DNA of 11,359 nt from an uncultured Nitrososphaerota archaeon (GTDB lineage Archaea > Korarchaeota > Korarchaeia > Korarchaeales > Korarchaeaceae), in NCBI GenBank assembly GCA_964480775.1, contig CAYZRF010000039.1, positions 1 through 11,359 on the forward strand, given 5' to 3'. Below are positions 5,617 to 11,359 of this stretch, piece by piece (position 1 is the first letter of the stretch; each line of letters starts with the position of its first letter). Made by a program: the position numbers and the translations under genes. Under the pieces are notes generated by a model. That model was not told the origin of the DNA and did not search any database. It worked only from the letters and a program-made list of their open reading frames with translations.

Positions 5617-6672
5617 TTAGCCTCCAAACTTAACGTTTTTACTTATCTCATCTAAATACCTTAGATCTTCGCTGTTTAGATCTATTTCTGAGGCAGCTAT
5701 GGCTTCTTCTAGGTGAGACAGTTTCGATACGCTAATGATCGGTATGATAGGTATGCCCAGAACTTTTTCCATGTTCATAGTCCAAGCTAATGCCAGTTGA
5801 GCTGGTGTTATTCCCTTTTCATGGGCAAAATTCATGAACTTCAACAGGAAGTCTAACATGCTATTGGTGAAGTACTTCTTAGCTATCCATTTCATGTAAC
5901 TTGCCCTCGAAAGCTCAGGAACTCTCCACTTTCTTTTTTCCTTATCCACATACTTACCCGTTAGGACTCCTTGTGCTAAGGGGGAGTACGCAACAAATCC
6001 CAGCCCATATCTTTTGGCCACAAGTATGATGTCAGCTTCTACCTCTCTTTCCACCAAGTTGTATTTATATTGCAAGGCGGTTATCGGTTCAAGCCCATAG
6101 CGCTCTGCCAGCTCTATATACTCAACCAGACTTATGGCTGGAGCGTTACTAGCCCCTATATATCTTACTAAACCTTGCTCAATTAGAGAGGTGAAAGTGC
6201 GCATTATCTCAAGTTTGGGAGTTTCCGGGTCGTCCCTGTGCATGTAGTATATGTCCACGTATTCCATCTGGAGCCTTCGAAGGCTCTCCTTTATCTGCCA
6301 CATCACGTGCTTACGGCATAGGCCCTCCCCATTTGGGCCAGGTGACATCCTTCCAGCCACCTTCGTGGCTACAACCCATTCCTCCCTGTCATACTCCTTG
6401 AGAAGTTGGCCTAGGAGCTCTTCAGCATATCCAACATGGGTTAATGGAACTGGAGATATGCCTCCATGGTATCGGTTAGCCGAATCTATGAAGATAAGCC
6501 CGTTATCATAGGAAACCTTCAGGACCTTCCTAAACTCGTCTACATCTATCTTATAAGCTCCAGCTTCATCTACTTCAGGCAGCCTAGGTAAATGCCATGT
6601 TCCCAAAGATATTATCGAAACCTTAAGTCCTGAATTTCGAGATAACTTTACGTACCTCAAACCTTTCATCAC
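5617..6672 (-). CDS. Aldo/keto reductase family oxidoreductase.
   Basis: 351-aa ORF. The AKR catalytic tetrad context is visible: LGTWHL, FIDSANRYHGG (Asp and Tyr), VVATKVAG (Lys) and IYYMHRDDPETP (His), plus the later YIGASNA segment. The start is either GTG 6672 or the adjacent ATG 6669. Confidence 0.9.
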   Translation of the reverse strand: MMKGLRYVKLSRNSGLKVSIISLGTWHLPRLPEVDEAGAYKIDVDEFRKVLKVSYDNGLIFIDSANRYHGGISPVPLTHVGYAEELLGQLLKEYDREEWVVATKVAGRMSPGPNGEGLCRKHVMWQIKESLRRLQMEYVDIYYMHRDDPETPKLEIMRTFTSLIEQGLVRYIGASNAPAISLVEYIELAERYGLEPITALQYKYNLVEREVEADIILVAKRYGLGFVAYSPLAQGVLTGKYVDKEKRKWRVPELSRASYMKWIAKKYFTNSMLDFLLKFMNFAHEKGITPAQLALAWTMNMEKVLGIPIIPIISVSKLSHLEEAIAASEIDLNSEDLRYLDEISKNVKFGG

Positions 6673-6910
6673 CGCACTTCACTAAAGCCAAATACAGCAT
6701 AAAACGTTTCTCTGTCAAACCCTTACTTAATAGTTGAAAAATGCATTAGAAACTTGGTTTCTTCGAAAATAAGAATGCTTTGAATCATGGGACAATAAGC
6801 GTGTGAGTTACATCTTAGATATGGGAGATTTATCGCCTACGCTTTACCTAATATCGGCGTTTCATTGTTTTTCAGGTAAGAATTAAATTCCCATACAGCA
6901 ATGGACAATT

Positions 6911-7210
6911 ATGGTATCATGGAGTAGAGCCTTTGGAGCTGCTGGCCTGTACGTCGCCTTCTTAATCATTTGGACTATTGTTGGAGGAATTCTCATATTT
7001 GCAGGGATCTTCACCACAGGAACTCTGATTACATATGATCCATATTCAGGACTTCCCAGGTTCAACCCAGCAGGAATTGGAATCGGACTAGTTCTCCTCA
7101 TAATAGGTTACGTAATCATACTTCTAGGATCTCTGGCCACATTCTTTAAAATAGCAAGCGAAGTTATTGCCGAAGAGGTGGAAAGTAGACTCGGGAGAAC
7201 AGGAGGGTAA
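6911..7210 (+). CDS. Small hypothetical integral membrane protein (99 aa, 2-3 predicted TM helices).
   Basis: It has an ATG start and long hydrophobic stretches (AAGLYVAFLIIWTIVGGILIFAGIF, GIGIGLVLLIIGYVIILLGSLATFF) followed by an acidic, amphipathic tail. An A/T-rich box (AAGAATTAAATT) lies about 30-40 nt upstream. I prefer it to the overlapping antisense ORF 6883..7101, which is Pro/Ile-rich and not protein-like. No family recognised. Confidence 0.6.
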   Translation: MVSWSRAFGAAGLYVAFLIIWTIVGGILIFAGIFTTGTLITYDPYSGLPRFNPAGIGIGLVLLIIGYVIILLGSLATFFKIASEVIAEEVESRLGRTGG

Positions 7211-7284
7211 GTAGTTCAACAGGTAGGGATTCGCGCGTTTTAACTGAAAAACTTGCTGAGATCGTTAGATTCATTGATTTTCTT

Positions 7285-7680
7285 TTAGATGGAGTTAACT
7301 CTCTCCAAAATCATCCTTTCTCCTTCCTTTACTTTCTTAAAGATCCTAGCACCTCCCACGACCTTAGCAAAGACGTTCACTGGACTGTAAGCTCTTGGCT
7401 TCTCCTCTGAGCTTACGGGAGTCGGACCGAAGAATATGCAAACTGCCTTTCCTGGTGGCCAATAAGCTATATCGCCAACCTCAACATCCTGCTTTGCGTT
7501 TTCAAGCTCGATTTCAAGGCCAATACTGAAGTAAATCTCGTCTCCCCATAGGTTGACGTTTCCTTCAAGCGGCAGAGCTTTCCATATTTTCTCGCAGGTT
7601 TTTGGGTTCAGCTCTTCCTTCAACTCAGCTATGACCTGTCCGATAGACTCTGAAATTATACGTAGCCGTTTATTCATCAT
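7285..7680 (-). CDS. Cyclophilin-like fold protein (Cyclophil_like / PF04126-type family of unknown function).
   Basis: MMNKRLRIISESIGQVIAELKEELNPKTCEKIWKALPLEGNVNLWGDEIYFSIGLEIELENAKQDVEVGDIAYWPPGKAVCIFFGPTP...SPVNVFAKV. The signature A-x-L-x-x-N-x-T-x-x-I-x-x-x-LP...WG-x-E-I-Y-F...GD-I-A-Y-W-P-P-G-x-A-x-x-I-F-F-G matches my memory of this family. The track starts at TTG 7707. I prefer the ATGATG at 7680. Confidence 0.75.
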   Translation of the reverse strand: MMNKRLRIISESIGQVIAELKEELNPKTCEKIWKALPLEGNVNLWGDEIYFSIGLEIELENAKQDVEVGDIAYWPPGKAVCIFFGPTPVSSEEKPRAYSPVNVFAKVVGGARIFKKVKEGERMILERVNSI

Positions 7681-7710
7681 CGATCCCGAACTTAAGCCCG
7701 GCGTCAAACA

Positions 7711-7732
7711 AGATAAGGTTTTGCTCTTATCT
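7711..7732. promoter_or_regulatory. Inverted repeat AGATAAG-N8-CTTATCT, a possible operator or 5-prime UTR hairpin.
   Basis: Perfect 7-nt arms (7711..7717 and 7726..7732) with an 8-nt spacer. It lies between the candidate TATA box and the cyclophilin-like start codons. Confidence 0.25.
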
Positions 7733-7758
7733 GCTAAACTTTTACAAGCTTTCTATAG

Positions 7759-7766
7759 ATTTTAAA
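7759..7766 (-). promoter_or_regulatory. Candidate TATA box (TTTAAAAT on the minus strand) for the cyclophilin-like gene.
   Basis: This A/T box lies in the 130-nt gap downstream of the EamA stop. It predicts a transcription start near 7733, just upstream of the 7711..7732 inverted repeat. The call rests on pattern only. Confidence 0.3.
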
Positions 7767-7837
7767 GGAGGATAAGTGCATCCCAGAAGTCGTCATTAGA
7801 TGAGCTTGGAAAATTGTTCTATTTAACGTTCAGCCAT

Positions 7838-8668
7838 TTACACAACACCTAAAGTCATGCCGAGGGTTATGACAGCCGATCCCATAATTGTTCTCAGAGT
7901 TAATGGTTCCCCTTCTGCCCATGATGCAACCTGAGCTACCAACGGACTTATGGCGGTTGCAAGAACTGGAACAGAGACGCCTATCTCGCTGACACTGTAA
8001 TAAAACAAGGTTAGTCCGATCCCTATGCCAATCCCTCCTCCTAGGATAGCTTTTTCGGTTCCAACCCCCCTTAATCTCTTGGATTTGACTGCAAGAACGG
8101 AAAATATGGCAGCCATAATCAAAGAGCCCCAAGCAGATGCAGCAACAGGGTTTATATCCGCTAGTGCCAATCTCATTACCATCGGAGACATAGCCCACAT
8201 AAGGGAGGCCAGTAGGGACCAAGCTATGCCAATCACATTCCACTCGCCCTTCTCTGTCGACAAGAGCCAGATCCCAAAAACGCTTAGCATAGCCCCCAGT
8301 ATCACCTTTGAGGAAAAAGGCTCCCCTAAGAAGATTGTAGAGATTATAGATGCCCAAAGTATGTAGGTAAAGCCGACAGGAGTTGCCTTTCCAGCTCCAG
8401 AAAGAGCTATTCCCCTGAAGAAAGCATAGTCCCCTGCTACAGCTCCAAGGAGACTGTTTAAAGCTATATAGGTGAAAGTTTTTAGACTTGGAACCTCGAA
8501 GAGATCAAACACAGTTATGATGAGCCAACTGACCGTTAAGGCGCCCCAACTCTTCCAAGCATTTGCGCAGATAGGACCATTACGACGTGTAGCCTCTGAA
8601 TAAAGTGCTGGGGTGATTCCCCAAATAACTCCGGTGGCAATGGCAGATAGAAATGCCCACAACAGCAC
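7838..8668 (-). CDS. EamA-family (DMT superfamily) permease.
   Basis: 276-aa ORF (GTG start at 8668) that is hydrophobic almost throughout. It has about 10 TM segments arranged as two similar halves. The Gly/Ala-rich helices are typical of EamA domains (ALNSLLGAVAGDYAFFRGIALSGAGKATPV..., SLMWAMSPMVMRLAL..., VSVPVLATAISPLVAQVASW...). Confidence 0.85.
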   Translation of the reverse strand: MLLWAFLSAIATGVIWGITPALYSEATRRNGPICANAWKSWGALTVSWLIITVFDLFEVPSLKTFTYIALNSLLGAVAGDYAFFRGIALSGAGKATPVGFTYILWASIISTIFLGEPFSSKVILGAMLSVFGIWLLSTEKGEWNVIGIAWSLLASLMWAMSPMVMRLALADINPVAASAWGSLIMAAIFSVLAVKSKRLRGVGTEKAILGGGIGIGIGLTLFYYSVSEIGVSVPVLATAISPLVAQVASWAEGEPLTLRTIMGSAVITLGMTLGVV

Positions 8669-8970
8669 TACACCATTTTGTTATTGGATGCTTACAAGAG
8701 TAGGACTGATCTAATTCAACTTTTCGCTTCAGAATTCACTGATGTAGAATCTAAAATGAAGGGGATTATTTTCATCGGTCTTCTAGGAACAAGGACAACC
8801 TCTAGTTCTTGCCTTATTTTAACCGAGCAGAGTGCATTTCACTATAAACGTCCCTTAAACAACCAAATTTTGTTTTTAGGACGTCTAAGCCATAGATAGA
8901 CATCTAAATGTCTTATAAAATTATTTTGCCGGAAAACTGTTAAATACTAGGTTGAAAAGATCAAGAAATA

Positions 8971-10938
8971 ATGAGGAGGGTTTTACTAACTTATCTTATT
9001 CTCTTTTTGATTTTCATAGCGCCAATACCTCTCTCCTCCTTTAATCCAGAGGCTGATGAAGCTTCATTCCTTCTTACGGATGGAACATTATCGGTTAGGG
9101 TTGACCCTCCTAAGAACGAGACCTATCCAGGAGGCATTTGCACATACAGTGTAGATGTGGATGGAACTTACACAGGGACCGTATCGCTCTCTTACGAGTG
9201 GACCGACTTCACTCCTCCCGGGGTAGAGTTATCCTTTACCCCTGATGAAGGTACAGCCCCATTTACCGCTAAATTGAGGATTAATACAAGTTCTTACACG
9301 CCTCCTGGGAACTATACCCTCCTTATAACTGCAAGAGGAGCTGGAGGGAGTCCTAAGACCGAGGCTGAAGTTGTACTCCACGTAATGATCCCGGACTTCT
9401 CGATATCCATTAATCCTAAGCAAGGATCCGTTCAGAAGGGAGATTCAATCGCATTTAGCGTTGTTGTTCGAGCAACTAAGGGTTTCACCAGCACAGTAAA
9501 CCTAAATGCGACTGGACTTCCTCCCGGAGCGAGTTATACCCTCTCTATCGAATCACTGACTCCACCCTTCACTTCTACCCTGGCCATTATGACGTCTAGC
9601 TCGACTCCCATAGGAACCTACACTATAACAATAGTGGGATCTGGAGGAGGAAGAACCCACTACGAAACTATAACGTTAGAGGTGATCGAGGCATTTGGCT
9701 TCAATATCTCAGTAAAACCAGCCTACAGAAATACAGCGCAGGGAGGTTACGCTACCTACGAAGTGAACGTAACTGCGCTAGGAGATTTCAAATCACCCGT
9801 CTCATTGATGGTCGCAGGCCTCCCTTCTGGATGTTCCATAGTTTCCAGCGTTAATAATGTACCTCCTGACTTTACTGCGACGTTAACAATTAGGACAAGC
9901 AATAAAACTCCTACAGGAAACTATACCCTGCATGTTGTCGGAATTGGTGGAGGAGTGAAAAAGTACTCGAACCCCTTTATCATGGAAATCACAGAACTTC
10001 CTACTCAAACTCCGACTCCAACCCCAACACCGACTCCAACGCCGACTCCAACGCCTGCACCTGAACCCTTTGATTTCTCTATTTCAGCATCCCCATCCAA
10101 GCTTAGTATTTCACCTGAGACCTCTGCTTCTATAGTCATAAACGTAATTCTACTAGCAGGCACTCCCGAACCCGTTAGTCTGAGCGTTCAAGGGCTCCCA
10201 GGAGATGCATCTTTTTCACTCTCTCCGCAATCTGTTACACCAAACGGGGTTGCTTCTTTCAATATAATTGCGGGTAAGACTACAGGGAACTTCTCACTAC
10301 TAATAACTGGAACAGCCGGTGGAATCACAAGAACAACTAGCGTTGTTCTAACGATAGAGAAGGAGAAAAGGTGCATAATAGCCACAGCAGCCTTCGGATC
10401 TGAGCTATCCACTCAGGTTCAGAAACTTAGACATTTCAGAGACGATTTGGTGACGAAAACCTTTGCAGGAAGGGAATTTATGCGTGCTTTCAATGCGTTT
10501 TACTACGCTTGGAGCACTCCGGTTGCGAAATTCATATCAAGGCATGCGCTTGTCCGAACTTTAACGAGACTCCTATTATATCCCCTGCTGGGTATTCTCG
10601 ACCTCTCATTTCTGGCTTATGAATTGCTTTCGCCAATTAGCGCGGAGATAGGAATTATACTCGCTGGAACCGTGGCCAGCTCATTAATAGGTATGATCTA
10701 TGTGGCACCTTGCGTGATGGTAATTATTCTAGCTTTGAGGCACAGGAATTTTCTAAATAAATCATTTCAGCAGAAAATAATCTGGTTACCGGTACTAGCA
10801 AACGTCTCTCTTCTCTCACTTGGAGAGCTTCTGGACATATCTTATTTAGTATTGGTGAGTAGTTCGCTATTCGTTCTCTCCTTAACGCTATCCGCAGCTC
10901 TCATTTTAGGAAAGAAATTGGCCGAACTCTTCTACTAA
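8971..10938 (+). CDS. Secreted, membrane-anchored cell-surface protein with four Ig-like repeat modules, a Pro-Thr linker, a CIIATAAFGS motif and a multi-TM C-terminal region.
   Basis: 655-aa ORF with an N-terminal signal-like sequence MRRVLLTYLILFLIFIAPIPLSS. There are four modules of about 100 aa, each ending in (S/T)-x-TP-x-G-x-Y-T/S-(L/I)-x-(I/V)-x-G-x-GGG. Nine N-x-S/T sequons lie in the ectodomain. The linker is TQTPTPTPTPTPTPTPTPAPEP. After Cys468 the sequence is rich in hydrophobic helices (LLLYPLLGILDLSFLAY, IGIILAGTVASSLIGMIYVAPCVMVIILAL, IIWLPVLANVSLLSLG, LVLVSSSLFVLSLTLSAALILG). Confidence 0.85.
   Translation: MRRVLLTYLILFLIFIAPIPLSSFNPEADEASFLLTDGTLSVRVDPPKNETYPGGICTYSVDVDGTYTGTVSLSYEWTDFTPPGVELSFTPDEGTAPFTAKLRINTSSYTPPGNYTLLITARGAGGSPKTEAEVVLHVMIPDFSISINPKQGSVQKGDSIAFSVVVRATKGFTSTVNLNATGLPPGASYTLSIESLTPPFTSTLAIMTSSSTPIGTYTITIVGSGGGRTHYETITLEVIEAFGFNISVKPAYRNTAQGGYATYEVNVTALGDFKSPVSLMVAGLPSGCSIVSSVNNVPPDFTATLTIRTSNKTPTGNYTLHVVGIGGGVKKYSNPFIMEITELPTQTPTPTPTPTPTPTPTPAPEPFDFSISASPSKLSISPETSASIVINVILLAGTPEPVSLSVQGLPGDASFSLSPQSVTPNGVASFNIIAGKTTGNFSLLITGTAGGITRTTSVVLTIEKEKRCIIATAAFGSELSTQVQKLRHFRDDLVTKTFAGREFMRAFNAFYYAWSTPVAKFISRHALVRTLTRLLLYPLLGILDLSFLAYELLSPISAEIGIILAGTVASSLIGMIYVAPCVMVIILALRHRNFLNKSFQQKIIWLPVLANVSLLSLGELLDISYLVLVSSSLFVLSLTLSAALILGKKLAELFY
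9073..10356 (+). repeat. Four tandem protein-level repeat modules (Ig-like / COG1470-type surface-protein domains) within the 8971..10938 CDS.
   Basis: Approximate modules are 9073..9387, 9388..9690, 9691..9999 and 10069..10356. They share the layout F-x-(I/L)-S-(I/V)-x-P, then Y-x-V-x-V, then V-x-L-x-(A/V)-x-G-L-P-x-G, then F-T-(A/S)-T-L-x-I-x-T-S-x-x-TP-x-G-x-YT-L, then GGG. The repeats are diverged at nucleotide level. Confidence 0.7.
10000..10068 (+). repeat. Low-complexity (Pro-Thr)n linker coding repeat.
   Basis: The sequence is CCT ACT CAA ACT CCG ACT CCA ACC CCA ACA CCG ACT CCA ACG CCG ACT CCA ACG CCT GCA CCT GAA CCC. The unit CCGACTCCAAC occurs three times. Confidence 0.8.
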
Positions 10939-11013
10939 GGGTTAGAGTTCCTTATCACGTCTTGCTCTTTATCTTTAAAGAGGTGATCCAAACTACTATG
11001 GTAGAGTCTATAG

Positions 11014-11359
11014 ATGTTGTTAGTAACACCAGACAATTGGCCTGAGGAAGATCTTATCGAAAAAGAGCTGGATAAGATGATAATTAGAGATTACAATACG
11101 ATAAAGGCATTATTGCCATACTACTTGGTAGATTACGAAGTAAGGACGAGAGAAGGCCTCTTTAAGAGAGGTAAAACAGCTATCAACGCCAGTTTTTTGG
11201 AATTTCCCAAAGAGCTTGGCCAAGTCGTTCCCTTGTTTAGACCTGTTTTGCTAAAACAGAAACGAAAACAGTCTGAAACGGATGTGATTGTCTTTCCTTT
11301 AAGCGGATTAGATTTGAACTCTTTTTTTGATAGGGTAATTGGTTGGGTTCAGGACACAG
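11014..11359 (+). CDS. Hypothetical protein, N-terminal 115 codons; it continues beyond the right window edge.
   Basis: The plus-strand frame is open from ATG 11014, immediately after an in-frame TAG, to the window end. It is absent from the track because it has no stop. Translation: MLLVTPDNWPEEDLIEKELDKMIIRDYNTIKALLPYYLVDYEVRTREGLFKRGKTAINASFLEFPKELGQVVPLFRPVLLKQKRKQSETDVIVFPLSGLDLNSFFDRVIGWVQDT... The composition is protein-like. No family recognised and the start is uncertain. Confidence 0.5.
   Translation, partial: MLLVTPDNWPEEDLIEKELDKMIIRDYNTIKALLPYYLVDYEVRTREGLFKRGKTAINASFLEFPKELGQVVPLFRPVLLKQKRKQSETDVIVFPLSGLDLNSFFDRVIGWVQDT

Noticed and set aside
6251-6511. Track ORF, plus strand, 86 aa.
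   Set aside because: It is antisense inside the aldo/keto reductase gene, which has a clear catalytic tetrad.
6883-7101. Track ORF, minus strand, 72 aa.
   Set aside because: It overlaps the plus-strand 99-aa membrane-protein ORF. Its Pro/Ile-rich sequence has no recognisable fold, and the plus-strand ORF has coherent TM helices and a better start context.
7553-8366. Track ORFs 7553..7765 (+), 7830..8357 (-) and 8025..8366 (+).
   Set aside because: They overlap the cyclophilin-like and EamA genes in alternative frames or strands. The 175-aa minus-strand ORF is Cys/Arg/Gly-rich, consistent with an off-frame reading of a hydrophobic gene.
8678-8899. Track ORF, plus strand, 73 aa, in the long intergenic region.
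   Set aside because: It has a TTG start with no ribosome-binding site and a low-complexity translation. It would run through the likely promoter region of the surface-protein gene. I kept the region only as a possible regulatory or ncRNA region.
9229-10412. Track minus-strand ORFs 9229..9423 and 10188..10412.
   Set aside because: They are antisense within the 655-aa surface-protein gene, whose repeat architecture strongly supports the plus-strand frame.
10953-10987. TATCAC ... GTGAT half-sites resembling the Thermococcales glycolytic motif (TATCAC-N5-GTGATA).
   Set aside because: The half-sites are 24 nt apart rather than 5. The second half is simply the GGTGAT ribosome-binding site.
1-11359. 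Search by eye for CRISPR repeats, tRNA/rRNA, C/D-box sRNAs (RUGAUGA...CUGA pairs in intergenic regions), transposase genes or terminal inverted repeats.
   Set aside because: I found no regularly spaced repeats, no T-loop/acceptor-like structures and no properly ordered C/D box pairs outside coding regions. No transposase-like or integrase-like ORF is present. Absence is by inspection only, and a covariance-model scan would be needed to be definitive.

Overview
The window looks like a chromosomal segment from a hyperthermophilic euryarchaeon, probably Thermococcales. This is an inference from roughly 40-45% GC by eye, K/E/I-rich proteins, GGTGA/GGAGG ribosome-binding sites, A/T-rich TATA-like boxes and frequent overlapping stop/start junctions.

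I support 12 protein-coding genes and one decayed gene. I see no rRNA, tRNA, CRISPR array or transposase.

Minus-strand genes from the left edge:
- a YcaQ/AlkZ-like winged-helix protein, truncated by the window edge and absent from the supplied ORF track
- a polytopic membrane-protein gene that appears broken by an in-frame TAG and a frameshift in a G4 run
- a tightly coupled five-gene operon (5422 to 2491): AbrB/SpoVT regulator, a 46-aa Cys4 miniprotein (also absent from the track), an AlkD/AlkC-type DNA-alkylation-repair HEAT protein, a second HEAT-repeat paralogue, and a SplB-like (spore-photoproduct-lyase family) radical SAM enzyme with a C-terminal helix-hairpin-helix

Genes further right:
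- an aldo/keto reductase (minus strand)
- a small membrane protein (plus strand)
- a cyclophilin-like-fold protein (minus strand)
- an EamA/DMT permease (minus strand)
- a 655-aa secreted surface protein (plus strand) with four Ig-like modules, a Pro-Thr linker, a CIIATAAFGS motif and a polytopic C-terminal tail
- a plus-strand hypothetical ORF that runs off the right edge

The most interesting signal is the five-gene operon, together with the nearby YcaQ/AlkZ-like gene. It joins three lesion-recognition or DNA-chemistry families that are not normally linked. I read it as a candidate uncharacterised DNA-damage-processing or DNA-modification system. All family assignments come from motif recognition by eye, not database searches.
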